A DNA stretch of 64,000 nt, taken from the NCBI RefSeq assembly GCF_009914755.1, contig NC_060927.1; one strand, given 5' to 3'. The position numbers and the translations under genes were made by a program. The notes beneath the pieces were generated by a model. It saw nothing but the letters and a program-made list of their open reading frames with translations, was not told the origin of the DNA and did not search any database. Origin of the DNA: the human T2T-CHM13v2.0 reference genome, Homo sapiens. Each line of letters starts with the position of its first letter. Within the stretch, counting starts at the first letter, position 1. Below, one piece after another: positions 15,504 to 28,224 of this stretch.

Positions 15504-15818
15504 GGCCGGGCACAGTGGCTCACGCCTGTAATCCCAGCACTTTGGGAGTCCAAGGCGGGCAGATCACCTAAAGTCAGGAGTTCGAGAACAGCCTGGCTAA
15601 CATGGCAAAATCCCATCTCTAGTAAAAATACAGAAATTAGCCGGGCATGGTGGTGTGTGCCTGTAGTCCCAGAGACTCAGGAGGCTGGGGCAGGAGAATC
15701 ACATGAGCCTAGGAGGTGGAGGTTGCAGTGAGCCAAGATCGTGCCCTTGCATTCCAGCCTGGGTGACAGAGCAAGACTCCATCTCAAAAAATAAAATAAA
15801 GTAAAATAAAAATAAAAA
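15504..15818 (+). mobile_element. AluS
   Basis: GGCCGGGCACAGTGGCTCACGCC start, full dimer, (TAAAA)n tail. Confidence 0.97.
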
Positions 15819-15825
15819 GCAATAA

Positions 15826-15893
15826 TATGTACCTCATAAATATATACAACTATGTACCACAAAAGTTAAAAATAAAAAATTTAAAAGAAAAAA
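15826..15893 (+). mobile_element. Short L1MA-type 3' terminal fragment
   Basis: ATGTACCTCATAAATATATACAACTATGTACCACAAAAGTTAAAAATAAAAA. Confidence 0.65.
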
Positions 15894-17399
15894 GCAATGT
15901 TTGTAGTAAAAATACTAGATTAAAAATATTCTTTTCATGTTTTTTCATTTTTCATTTTTATGTTTTCATTGTTTCATTTTTATGTTTGCTAAAATGTCTG
16001 AGCAAATAGAAACATCAGATAAGTTAGATGTGTATTTCACTGCAAAAATTATTCATTGTATTGAGTCAACAATATTCCCCACAGAAAATTCTGCCAAGCA
16101 CTATCAATTTTAAAAATATTGTTCTATCAAGCCATGCATTATCCAGGAAGAGTTGTAAAAAGATAAAATCTTTCTCGATTTTTTATTGGGTTTTGCCAAG
16201 CCATATTTCTAATGTCTATGTCCTTCAGATCACAAGCTCTCTAAAGTAAGCTATTTTTCTAAAGATGTTGAATTGTGTTATAGAAAAGCTATCGGGTTTT
16301 TCCAAATTTTTAGTTACTGATGAACAAAAACAAAAGATATATTGATTCTGGCATGGCAAAAGTGGGGTTTTTGTTGTTTTTTTTTTTTTTTTAAATGCTG
16401 CTGTTCTTGGAGAAGGTAAGATTTTGGCTGGGCCTGAGAGGGTTACTAGTATCTGGCTCACGGGAGAGAGGCAGTAGCCATTTCTAGTGAGAGCCAAGCA
16501 AAAGTTTGTCATGGAGACCAGAAGGAACTTTGTTAGAAGTGAGAGAGAGGGTAGAGGAGGAGGGTGAGGAGGAGGAGGGGCTACCAATGAGGCCGCTGAG
16601 GAAAATCAACTTGGCTAAACAAAGGTGGACAAGCTAAGAAGCAAAGTTATTTAGGGCATGAACAAAGCAGGCGTACTAAAAAAGGAGAAATCTTAAAACT
16701 GCTAAATTTAGCTGGGTTTTTGCCAACCAAAATTCTATAAAGGGGCTATTTTCATGTCAACGCAGATATAACTTACATCTTTTATGTATGAGTGATGTTT
16801 TTATTTTGAATTATATAAGGTGAGGAGTGAGGGGTTTGTTACAATGTCATCTCCTTAGTCCCCAGAGCCACCAAAGGTATTATGTGGGCTCTATATGGGA
16901 CTCCAGAGAATAAACCTTATAAAGGTAATATGAAAAAATGCACTGACATGGCAGGAGAAAGAAAACAGAGTCTTGCAAAGATTTAATTGGGCAATGCTGT
17001 ACAAGGTGAAGGGAGCACAGTGAGAATCAGCATCCAGGTGTGAAGCGGGGGGGAACTGCCAAAAACAACACCTCAGGGATATGTTGAAAAGTATTTTATT
17101 TTTCATTACAAAAACACAGTGTGGAAAGTAACATAATTCACTTTCCATTCTATTTTTGTATGGTAAAATTATCATATTTATGGAAGTTAATTGTGACTAA
17201 ATCTGTTAATATTGTTTGTTAGATATTATACCTATAATAACATCAAATCTTATAAAACATGCCAATCTATCTATCTGTTGAAAGAGATGCTGATTAAATT
17301 ACTGAAATTACCAATATCAATGTGTCTTTTTTAATAGCTTTGAGATATAGTTCACATACCATCCAATTCATTCATTTTTAAAATTAAAAAATAATAATT

Positions 17400-19950
17400 T
17401 TAATTTTATTTTTCACAGCTTTATTGAAGTATAATTACCAAATAAAAATTGTAATGTTTAAGACCTAAAACCATAAAAACCCTAGAAGAAAACCTAGGCA
17501 ATACCATTCAGGACATAGGCATAGGAAAAGACTTCATGACTAAAACACCAAAAGCAATGACAACAAAAGCCAGAATTGACAAATGAGATCTAATTAAACT
17601 AAAGAGCTTCTGCACAACAAAAGAAACTATCATTAGAGTGAACAGGCAATCTACAGAATAGGAGAAAATTTTTGCAATCTACCCATCTGACAAAGGGCTA
17701 ATATTCAGAATCTACAAAGAACTTAAACAAATTTACAAGAAAAAAACAAGCAACCCCATCAAAAAGTGGGTGAAGAATATAAGCAGACACTTCTGCAAGA
17801 AGACATTTATGCAGCCAACAAACATATGAAAAAAAGCTCATCATCACCGGTCATTAGAGAAATGCAAATCAAAACCACAATGAGATACTATCTCATGCCA
17901 GTTAGAATGGCGATCTTTAAAAAGTCAGGAAACAATAGATGCTGGAAAGGATGTGAAGAAATAGGAACGCTTTTACACTATTGATGGGAGTGTAAATTAG
18001 TTCAACCACTGTGGAAGACAGTGTGGAAATTCCTAAAGGATCTAGAACCAGAAATACCATTTGACGCAGCAATCCCATTACTGGGTATATACCCAAAGGA
18101 TTACAAATCATTCTACTATAAAGACAGATGCACACATATGTTTATTGCAGCACTGTTCACAATAGCAAAGACTTGGAACCATCCCAAATGCCCATCAGTG
18201 ATAGACTAGATATGGAGAAATAGGAACACTTTTACACTGTTGGTGGGAGTGTAAATTAGTTCAACCATTGTGGAAGACAGTGTGGTGATTCCTCAAGGAT
18301 CTAGAACTAGAAATACCATTTGGCCCAGCAATCCTATTACTGGGTATATACCCAAAAAATTATAAATCATTCTACTACAAAGACACATGCACACATATGT
18401 TTATTGCAGCACTGTTCACAATAGCAAAGTTTTGGAACCAACCCAAATGCCCATCAATGATAGACTGGATAAGGAAAATGTGGCACATATACACCATGGA
18501 ATACTATGCAGCCATAAAAAATGATGAGTTCATGTCCTTTGCAGGGACATGGATGAAGCTGGAAACCATCATTCTCAGAAAACTAACACAGGAACAGAAA
18601 ACCAAACACTGCATGTTCTCACTCATAAGTGGGAGTTGAACAATGAGAACATGTGGACAAAGGGAGGGGAACATCACACACCAGGGCCTGTCAGAGGATG
18701 GGGGGCTAGGGGAGGGATAGCATTAGGAGAAATACCTAATGTAGATGACAGGTTGATTGGTGCAGCAAACCACCATGGCACGTGTATACATATGTAACAA
18801 AGCTGCACGTTCTGCACATGTATCCCAGAACTTAAAGTATAATAAAAAAAAATTTTTAACATAAACATTTAAAGTGTCCAGCATGATGACTTGATATATG
18901 TATATATTATGAAATGATTACCACAGCCAAGCTAATTAATATACTTATCACCTCGCATGGTGACATTTCTTTGTGTGTGTGGTGAGAACACTTAAGAGCT
19001 ACTATCTTAGCAAATTTCAATTATACAATGCAGCATTATTAACTGTGGCCGCTGTGCTGTATGTTAGACCCTGAACTTATTCATCATATAACTGAAAGTT
19101 TGCACTCTTTCACCAACATCTTCCCACTTCCTTGCCACCCCCACATTCCTCAGCCCCTGGTAACCTCCATCCTACTCTCTGCTTCTGTGAGTTCAACTTT
19201 TTAGATTCCACATATAAATGAGATAATGCAGGATTTTATTTTCGGTGTCATGTCTGGCTTATTTCACTTAGCAAAATGTTCTCCAGGTTTATCCATGCTG
19301 TTGCAAATGGCCAATTTCCTTCTTTTTATGGTTAATACCCCATTGTATATGCATATGCCACATATTCTTTACTCATTCATCTGTTGGTGGACACAAGTTG
19401 TTTCCATATCTTGGCTATTGCGAATAAAACTGCAATGAACATGGGAGTGTGATTATCTAGTCAAAATACTGATTTCATTTCCTTTGGATATATACCCAGA
19501 AGTAGATGGCTGGATTATACGGTAGTTTTATTTTTAATTTTTTGAGCAACCTCCATACTGTTTACCATAATAGCTGTACTAATTTACATTCCCACCAATA
19601 GCATATAAGGGTCTTTTCTCCACATTCCCCCCAACACTTGCTATTCTTTTTCTTTTTGACAATAGCATCCTAATAGGTATGAAGCGACTGCTCATTGTGG
19701 ATAGGTTTGCATTCTCCTGATCATCAGTGATGTTGAGCACCTTTCATATACCTGTTGGCCATTCATATGTTTTCTTTTGAGAAATGTCTATACAGGTCTT
19801 CAGTCCATTTTCAAATCAGTTTATTTTGTTTTTTGCTATTGAGTTGTTTTAGTTCCTTATATATTTGGAGTATTAATTCCTTATCATATATACAGTTTGC
19901 AGATATTTTCTCCCGTTCTGTAAGTTACCTTTTGGTTGATTTTTTTATGA
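17400..19950 (-). mobile_element. L1MA (MA8/MA9-like) 3' portion, split by a younger L1PA
   Basis: The 3' end CAGCTTTATTGAAGTATAATT..CAAATAAAAATTGTA (17417-17453) resumes at ~18860 (ATTTAAAGTGT...GAAATGATTACCACA...) and runs into the ORF2 3' region. Confidence 0.85.
17454..18852 (+). mobile_element. 5'-truncated L1PA (PA5-PA7-like) with an internal 259-bp tandem duplication
   Basis: L1 ORF2 C-terminal peptides (IREMQIKTTMRY, MFIAALFTIAK, MFSLISGS), 3' UTR ending CTTAAAGTATAATAAAAAAAAA. Confidence 0.97.
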
Positions 19951-20963
19951 CACTATTTTTGGATAGAAGTGTAGGTAAAATATAAATCATGCATTTTTCC
20001 TTATACAGAAATCTACTCTTTTTTCAAAACTAATACATACAGATGGTTTCAGAATCATCCATACCTAAAATATATTGAACAATTTATTATACATGAAGCA
20101 TACAGTTTCACAGCAAGAAAGCATTTTAGATCATGCATTTCAACCTACCCACTTTACACATAAGAAAAGAAAGGCCAGAAATGGGAAGTCACTCAACACG
20201 GAACCCATCTCTCCAAACAGTGTTCTTTGTGCAAAAATAAATTCCATTCACATTTTAGGACATTTCAGTGTGTTCTTGTTTTCTGCCATCACTGCAATTA
20301 ATTAATGTGATAGGAGATTGTGGTTTCTAATGTCCTGTTCAACATTAATGTTAAATGTTTAAGCTGCTTTAGCTTTTGGGGTACAATACAGAAAACTGTT
20401 TCCAGATATTCTATCTTGGATAAACCTGGTTATATATTTTACATAACCCATAAAGTTGGAAAATATGGTTACCTGATTATAAAACTTCAATGCACGAATA
20501 TAAGTTCTTCACCTAGGCCCCAGACCCATGGAAAAGAGCTAACTCCACAAGATGCATCTGCGGAGGGAATTGGCAGCTCTAATAGTCTCCAGCAATGTTC
20601 TGCCTGGCAAGAGGTTTCCATTCATCCTAAGAGGATGAATGGCCTAAAGCCAGCACTGATCATACAGCATGAAAAAAAAATAACCAGAATATAGTTTCAA
20701 ATTCTGTAAGGCATTTTAAATTATTGGCTAACGCTGCATTATAATTATCCTTGTCACTTTCCTACTTTATTCAGAATAGGATTTTGTGTTAGAATTTTGG
20801 AAGAAAATACAGGGGAAAAAAATCTGTAATTACACATTTTCCTGACTCCTAAAAGTTCTCATTACTTTTTAAATTCAGATCCTCTGCCCATTTTTAAAAG
20901 AGTTATTTGAGGTATTTTTAATTGGGTTGTTTGAGTTCTCTTTATATTTTGGATATTAACACA

Positions 20964-21137
20964 TGTCTAGTTAATTTTGTGCTGCTCCAACAGAATACTA
21001 CAAACTAAACAATTTATAATGAAGAGAAATTTATTTACTAATGGTTCTGGAGCCTGGGAAGTCCAAGATTGAGGAGCCAGCATATAATGAGGCCCTTCTT
21101 GCTACATCATCCAATGGCAGAAAAAAAAAGAGAGGTG

Positions 21138-21173
<36 letters not shown>

Positions 21174-22362
21174 ATGGGGGTCGAAGTCATTCTTTTATAA
21201 AGAACTCACTCCCACAGTAACAAACCCACTCCTACAACAATGGCATTAATCCATTAATGAGGGCAGAGCCCTCATAGCCTAATCATTTCTCATTTCGCCT
21301 TACCTCTGAACACTGTTGCATTGGGGATTAAGTTTTCAATACGTTGGGGACACATTCAAATCATAGCATTCTTTCCCACTCCCCCAACATTCATATCTTT
21401 CTCACATGCATTCATATCTTTCTCACATGCAAAATATATTTAGCTTATCCCAATAGCTCCAAAGTCTTAGTTCCATTACCAACTCAAAAGTTCAAACTCT
21501 AGAGTCTCATCTAAATCAGATATGGGTGAGACTCAGGGCATGATTCATCCTGAGATAAATTCCTCTCCAGCAGTGAGCCTGTGAAATTAAAGTTATCTAC
21601 TTCTAAACACAATGGTGAGAAGGTATAGGATATGCATTCCCATCCCAAAAAGGAGAAATAGGCAAGAAAAAAAGATAATTGGTCCCTAGTATGTCCAAAA
21701 CTCAACAAGGTGAACAATATTAAATCTTAAGGCTCCAGAATGATCTCCTTTGATCCATGTCCCACCTTCTGGGCACCTTGTGGCAGGTGTTGGGCCCCAA
21801 AGGCCTTGCAGAGCCCTGCTCTCATGGCTTTTTTGGTGTCCATTCTCATGGGTTGGAGTCCCATGCCTACTGCTCCCCCAGGCTGGCATTTCACTCTTGT
21901 AGCTCTACAGTTCTGGGGCCTCAGGGGTGGTCCCAGCTGTACCACTCCACTAGGCATTGCCATAGTGGGAACTTGCTGTGGTGGTTCCACCCCTATGTCC
22001 CCGAGGCTCTCTGAGACATTCTTAGAAATCTAGGTGGAGGCTACCCTGGCTCCACAACTTGTGTATTCTGCAGACTCTGCAGAGTCAACACCACATGGAC
22101 ATTGCCACAGCATGTGGCTTGTGCCCTCTGGAGTGGTGGTGTGAGCCACACCTGGGCCTCCTTGAGCCATGGCTAGGGTCACCAAGGGGTGCTTCACTAG
22201 AATACAGAGAGCAAAGCCTCAATGTAGCCCTGGGTAGCAAGCCCCTTCTGTCTTCAAGGCCCTAACCTTCTGAGCCTGTGATTAGAAGGGCAGCCTCAAA
22301 GATCTCTGAAATTCCCCAGAGTCATTCTCCCACTGTCCTGATGAAAACATTCGAACCACAGC
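20964..22362 (-). mobile_element. MST-family MaLR: LTR (20964-21368), internal region, and a ~20-bp stub of the second LTR
   Basis: TGTCTAGTTAATTTTGTGCTGCT...ACATTCAAATCATAGCA LTR, MST-int-like sequence, then ACATTCGAACCACAGCA where the host L1 resumes. Confidence 0.88.
21140..21170. repeat. (GA)n microsatellite
   Basis: About 15 GA units inside the MST LTR. Confidence 0.95.
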
Positions 22363-23639
22363 AACCCTTTATCAAATATATGATTGACAAATATTCTCTC
22401 CCATTCAGTAGGTGCCTATTCATTTTGCTGATTGTTTCCTTGGCTGTGCAGAAGCTTGTTAGTTTGATGTAGTCCCAATTGCTTATTTTTGCTTTACTTA
22501 CATGTGCTTTTGGTGTCATATTCAAAAAGATTATCAATATCAATGTCAAAGAGCTTTTTCCCTATGTTTTCTTCTCAAAGTTTTATAGTTTCAGGTTTTA
22601 CATTTAAGTTTTTAATCTATTTTGGGTTAATTTTTTATATGGTATAAGGATCCAATATCATGCTTTTACATGTGTGTGATATTTGCTTTATATAGTTAGA
22701 TGCTTTCCAATGTTAAGTGCATATATTTTTACAATTTTTATATTCTCTTGATGAATCTGTCCCTTGTATCATTACATAATGACCTTCTTTATCTCCTGTG
22801 ACAGATTTTGAATAAAAGTCTATTTTGTCTGATATAAGTTTAGCCACCTTAACTCTCTTTTTGTTGCCATTTGCATGAAATATCTTTTGCTGTCTCTTCA
22901 CTTTTATCTTATTTGTGTCCTTAAAGTTAAAGTGAGTCTCTTACAGTTGACATATATTGGTAGATCTTATTTTTTTTAAAATCCATTCAGCTACTCTGTG
23001 TTTTTTGATTTGAGAACTTAATGCATTTACATTTAAAATAATTATTAATAGGTAAGTAATTCCTATTACCATCTTTTTCTGACTTTTTTTTGTACTACCT
23101 TTGTTTCCTTCTTCCTTTCTTGCTGTTTTCCTGTCTGATTTGTGGATATTTTTTGTAGTAGTATGCTTTAATTTCTTTCTCTTTCTCTTTTCTGTATCTA
23201 CTACATGTTTTTTTCTTTGTCATTACCAAGAGGCTTACATAAAATATCTTATAGTCATAACAGTTTATTTTAAGCTAATAATTACTCCAGTTCAGTTGCC
23301 TATAAAAATTCTACACACTTACTTCTTCTATGCACACATTTTGTGCATAGACACATTTTGATGTCACACTTTAAATCTTTTTATATTAAGTATTCATTAA
23401 CAAACTATTGTAGCAATAGTTATTTTTAAAACGTTTTAAATTTTTATACTAGAGTTAAAAGTGACTCATGTATCAACATTACAGTATTAGAGTATGTAAC
23501 AACAATACATTTAAGTTTAACAGAGAGTTTTTAACTTTCATATATTTTCATTGCTGTTATTTAACATTCTTTTGTTTTGACTTAAAGATGTTCCTTTGTC
23601 ATTTTGTATAAGGCAGGCCTAGTGGTGATGAACTCCCTA

Positions 23640-23976
23640 CAAACAACAAATGTTTATTTGTCACAGTTTTGGAGTCTCAGAAGTCCAAGAGCAAAGCCCT
23701 GGCAGACTCAGTGTCTAGTGAGCTCCTTATTCTTGGTTCATAGACGGCACCTTCTTGCCATCTATGAATGGAGAAAGGGATGAATGGAGAGGGATGGAGA
23801 AAGGGATGAATGATCTCTCTTGGGCCTCTTTTATAAAGACACTAACCCCATTCATGAGAGCTCTGCCCTGATGACCTAATCAGTTCCTAAATACCCCACC
23901 TCCTAATGCAATTATCTGGGGGTTAGGATTTCAACATATTAATCGGTGGGGGGGGGGGACACATTCAGATTATACA
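23640..23976 (-). mobile_element. MLT1A-like LTR
   Basis: AAACAACAAATGTTTATTTGTCACAGTT...AGAAGTCCAAG...GGATTTCAACATAT...ACACATTCAGA. Confidence 0.85.
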
Positions 23977-23979
23977 GAC

Positions 23980-25061
23980 TATTAAAAATAATGCTGTAAT
24001 AAACATTCATGCACAAGTTTTTCTGTGGACATATGTTTCCATTTCTCTTGGGTATATACCTAGGAGTAGAATTTCTGGGTCATATTGTAACTCTGTATTT
24101 AATCATTTGAGAAAGTACCAGACTGTTTTCCAAAATGGCTGCACCATTCTACAGTCCCACCAACAGTATATGCAAGTTCTGATCTCTCCACATCCTCACC
24201 AATGCTTGTTATTATTTGACTTTTTAATTTTAGTTATCCATAGCTATGAAGTACTGTCTCTTGGTTTTTATTTGCATTTTCCTAATGGCTAATTATGTCA
24301 AGCATCTTTTCATGTGCTTATTCACCATTTATATATCTTCCTTGGAGAAATGTCTATTCAGATTCTTTGTCCATTTTTAATTGGATTATTCAATTTTTCA
24401 TTATTGAGTTTTACAAGTTCTTTATATATTGTGGATACCTAACCCTTATGAGATATATGACTTGCAATCTTGGAAGTATTTTCTCTCATTCTGTGGGTTT
24501 CCATTTCACTTTCTTGATGGTGACCTTTGAAACACAAAAGTTTTAAATTTTGATGAAGTCCTATTTATCTATTTTTTCCTTGATTGCCTGTGTTTTTGGT
24601 GTCAGATTTAAGAATCCTTTGCCAAATCCAAGGTCATGAAGGTCTTCTTCTAAGAGTTTTATAGTGTTAGCATTTATATTTTGGTGTTTGATTCATTGTG
24701 AGTCAATTTTGTGTATGGTATGAGGTAAGAGTTCAACTTCTGTATTTTGCACGTGGCTCTCTGGTTGTCCCAACTCCTTTCATTGAAATGAATTTTTTTT
24801 CCCCACTGAATGGTCTTGGCATCTTTCTCAAAAATTAGTTAGATGTATGGGCTTATTTCTGGATTCTCAATTTTATTTTAGTAATCTGTATATCTGTCCT
24901 TGTGTCATTACCACATTGTCTTGATTACCATTGTTTTGTAGTAATTTTGAATTCAGGAAATATGAGTCTTCCAACTTTGTTTTTTTACAAGATTGTTTTG
25001 TATATTCTGGTTTCTTTACAATTCCATATGAATTTTAAAATTATCTTGCCCATTTCTACAA
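23980..25061 (-). mobile_element. L1MB-like ORF2 3' region
   Basis: ATAATGCTG..ATAAACATTCATG..CAAGTTTT...CTTGGGTATATACCTAGGAGT...TTTTCCAAAATGGCTGCACCATT. Confidence 0.88.
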
Positions 25062-25073
25062 AGAATTTGACTT

Positions 25074-25369
25074 TTTTTTTTTTTTTTTTTGACGGAGTCT
25101 CACTTTGTTGCACAGGCTGGAGTGCAGTGGTGCAATCTTGGCTCAATGCAAGTTCTGTCTTGGTTTCAAGAGATTCTTGTACTTCAGCCTCTGGAGTAGC
25201 TGAGACTACAAGTGTGCACCACAATGCTCGGCTAATTTTTGTATTTTTTTAGTAGAGATGGATGTTGCCATGTTGGCCAGGATGGTCTCGAACTCCTGAC
25301 CTCAAGTGATCCTCCTGCCTAGGCCTCCCAAAGTGCTGGGATTATAGGCGTTAGCCACCATGCCCAGCC
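25074..25369 (-). mobile_element. AluS
   Basis: Poly-T plus Alu body; TSD AGAATTTGACTT at 25062-25073 and 25370-25381. Confidence 0.96.
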
Positions 25370-25445
25370 AGAATTTGACTTCTTTCCTGAAATAAATAAG
25401 TAGCTAATAAAATGCATTCCACCTTAACACTTGAAAGATATTTTA

Positions 25446-25747
25446 GGCCAGGTATGGTGGCTCACACCTATAGTCTCAACACTCTGAGAGGCCGAGGTGG
25501 GAGGATTGCTTGAGCTATGGAGTTTGAGACCAGCCTGGACAGCATAGTGAGACCCCCATCTACAAAACAAAACAAAACAAGATAGCTGGGCATGGTAGTT
25601 TGCACCTGTGATCATAGCTACTCAGGAGGCTGAGGTGGGAGGATAGCTTGAGCCCAGGAGTTCAAGGCTACAAGTGAGCTATGATCATGCCACTGCACTC
25701 CAGCCTGTGCAACAGAGCAAGACCCTGTTTCCAAAAAAAAAAAAAAA
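25446..25747 (+). mobile_element. AluJ
   Basis: GGAGGATTGCTTGAGC and GTGAGCTATGATCATGCC are J-type features; poly-A tail. Confidence 0.95.
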
Positions 25748-27061
25748 GGCAAAAAAGACACACACCATATTTTAAAGTCAGGCAATTAGGCAGAGCAGAT
25801 ACTTAATATATTTAGCAAGAGCACATAAGAAAATGGAAAACATTTTTAAAATCTGTCAGCCAGGCAGTATTATCAGAAAATTCAACCTTGTTTGTGTTCC
25901 TGAAAAAGGAATTAACTCTTAGACAATAAAGGAAGCATATCCAGGTCCTAGGTTAAATAATGGGAATGATTTCTACTATGTTAATGAGGAGATACTCATC
26001 ACTTACTCCGATGCCCTAAATCCAGTCTTCCTACATAGGTCTAATACATGTAGAGTGGATAGCTCATTTAGAAATGCTTACTCTCCTTGCTGGTTGGTGA
26101 AAAGGGTCTTAGAGTAATGATTGGGCTTATTTTGTTTGGGTTTTTTAAATTTAGTGTAGTAAATTTGCATTCCAAAAAGAGAACACTAAGTTTTGAAGAG
26201 GCTGATAGCTTTAGAAAATTAATGTTTTCTTGGCTTCTGACTGAGCTGGTTTATATCAATTTTGTATAAATATGTATTATAGTTGGGTAAAATATTAATA
26301 TGTCCTGAAAGGAAGGTCTCTAAATACTAAACGAGTTTTTCCTAGCTCATTTTACTCAGAAATTTCCAGAAACACTAAATTCTAAAATATCTCAATGATA
26401 TACCTTGCTTTTTTTTTAGTATCAGTGAAAGCATTCAACTATAGTCTAACCCCTCTCTTCATTCCACAACATGTACCCAAACAGTAATTCCTCAAAGGAT
26501 GAAAGTAATCCATGTACATAAAAACCAATGAGAATAGAAGAGGTTTATGTCATCTATTCAATAAAAAATCACAAATGTAAATGGTTGTTTTGATTATTTC
26601 TATTCTTTTCCTCTAAATTCTTATTCCAAGAATACATTTACTTCAATACAGAAAGTGGACATTTATTCTTGCAGCCTTAGAATCACTTTTACTTTTTCTC
26701 CAGGAAAGTAAAACTGCAAGTGATTTCTGCTTTTTGCAAGAGTAGTTTTCTGACAATAAGTGTAAAACACATTTGACTTTTTATTTTATGCTCCTCACCA
26801 GGGCTGGACATTTATGACCAAGACATGCTACAAGGCTACAATGACAGCTCACCCTGTAGCCACTTAAATCAGCAGCAACATAACGTTGACAAATGATTCT
26901 AATCATTCCAAGTCACTAACACAGATATTAGCACAAATAGATGCTTAAGGAAGATTCTACTGCAGATTTTTCTGTCGATACTCTTCAAGGAGCAGGTAGA
27001 GACTACTCAAATCATACATTTAGCCATTTCCAAAAATAACTAGCATTTCTCTCATTTTATG

Positions 27062-27075
27062 CCACTAGATGGCAC
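27062..27075 (+). promoter_or_regulatory. Putative CTCF-binding site
   Basis: CCACTAGATGGCAC matches the CTCF core CCASYAGRKGGCRS at every position and lies in non-repetitive sequence. Confidence 0.65.
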
Positions 27076-27259
27076 AGCTATACCTAAATAAACCAAGGAA
27101 TTTGTATAAAGGAGGAAATTGAATCTCAGGTTAAAATAAGCCTTGTCGAGTTGACACATCCATGACATCTGAAACACAAAAAAATGGGGAGTGCTGGAAA
27201 ACCATGATCCCTTTGACTATTAGAAAATGATTTGGGAAATTATAATTTGGAGCCATAGT

Positions 27260-28195
27260 ACAGTTTATTCATTTCCTAGGGCTTGTTACATTACTACGAG
27301 TGGCTTAAAACGCAAAAATTCATTATCTCACAGTTTGGAGGCTAGAAGCCAGAAACCAAGGTGGTTTTGTTTTGTTTTGTTTTATTTTGTTTTGTTTTTA
27401 CTTCCTGAGGCTTTACAAAAGAATCTGTTCCATACCCCTAATTGGGTGCAGGACACGCTGCTTCCAAATATGGCACCTTGGCATTTGAGAAAACAGCAGA
27501 AACAGGAAAGTCACTCTTACATTCCCACTTTCTCCCTGAGGCAGATCATAAGAGCCCAGTTTGAGAGATGCCCTCCTTATACCCAGAAGAAAGAAAAGTC
27601 CTTATCTCTGAAGACACAGGAACACAGAGAAGAATCTGAACAAATGGGTTTTGCTAAGTTTTCCCCCAATTTATCATCCTTAGATGGCACGTTTTTATCC
27701 AACCGTACTTCTCTACTACTGTCTACTTCTCCAACAACTTAGCATTAAAAATAACCTGTTTATTTGGGCCTTTATTTCTTAATGCTCCTGTGCCATGTAA
27801 AGCTCATATCAAATTAGTGTGTATCCTTTTCTCTTGTTCATCTGTCTTTTGTTATAGGGTCTTCAGCCATGAAGCAAGCAATTGGCAAAGAAAAGCAATC
27901 TTTTTTCCCCTTCTTCTAGCTTCCGGTCATTTCCAGTAATCCTTGGCATTCCTTGGCTTGTAGACCCATCACTCCAATCTGCCTCTGTCTTCATGTGCTA
28001 TTCTCCTTCATGTGTCTTTATGTCACCACATAGCCTTCTTACAAGGACACCAGCCATTGGGTTTAAAGCCTACTCTAATCTAGTATGACTTCATGTTAAC
28101 TAATTATATTTGCAATGACCTTATTTCCAAATAAGGTCACATTCTGACGTTCCAGCTGGACATGAGTTTGGGGTAACACCATCCTGTTCAGTACT
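27260..28195 (-). mobile_element. MLT1C-like LTR split by an ERV1 LTR
   Basis: TTTCCTAGGGCT...GTGGCTTAAAAC...TCTCACAGTT before the insert; TCCTTGGCATTCCTTGGCTTGTAGA...CCTTATTTCCAAATAAGGTCACATTCTG after it. Confidence 0.82.
27440..27912 (+). mobile_element. MER4-group ERV1 solo LTR (subfamily uncertain)
   Basis: CCAAATATGGCACCTTGGCATTTGAGAAAACAGCAGAA...TCCTTATCTCTGAAGACACAGG...CTTTTCTCTTGTT.ATCTGTCTTTTGTTATAGG. Confidence 0.72.
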
Positions 28196-28224
28196 CAGTG
28201 CAACACCCAAGCTGTGTAGACAGG

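Larger units (their letters stand above)
20870..23638 (-). mobile_element. Old L1M fragments (ORF2 3' part joined to the endonuclease/inter-ORF/ORF1-end part), interrupted by an MST element
   Basis: ORF 22322-22549 ([16 protein letters not shown]) is ORF2 C-terminal. ORF 22713-22901 (KIFHANGNKKRVKVAKLISDKIDF..K.V..DKEGHYVMIQG) is the ORF2 endonuclease domain. Confidence 0.88.

Noticed and set aside
27227-27742. 171-aa ORF on the plus strand
   Set aside because: Runs across MLT1, a (TTTTG)n stretch and an ERV1 LTR; a repeat-derived chance ORF.
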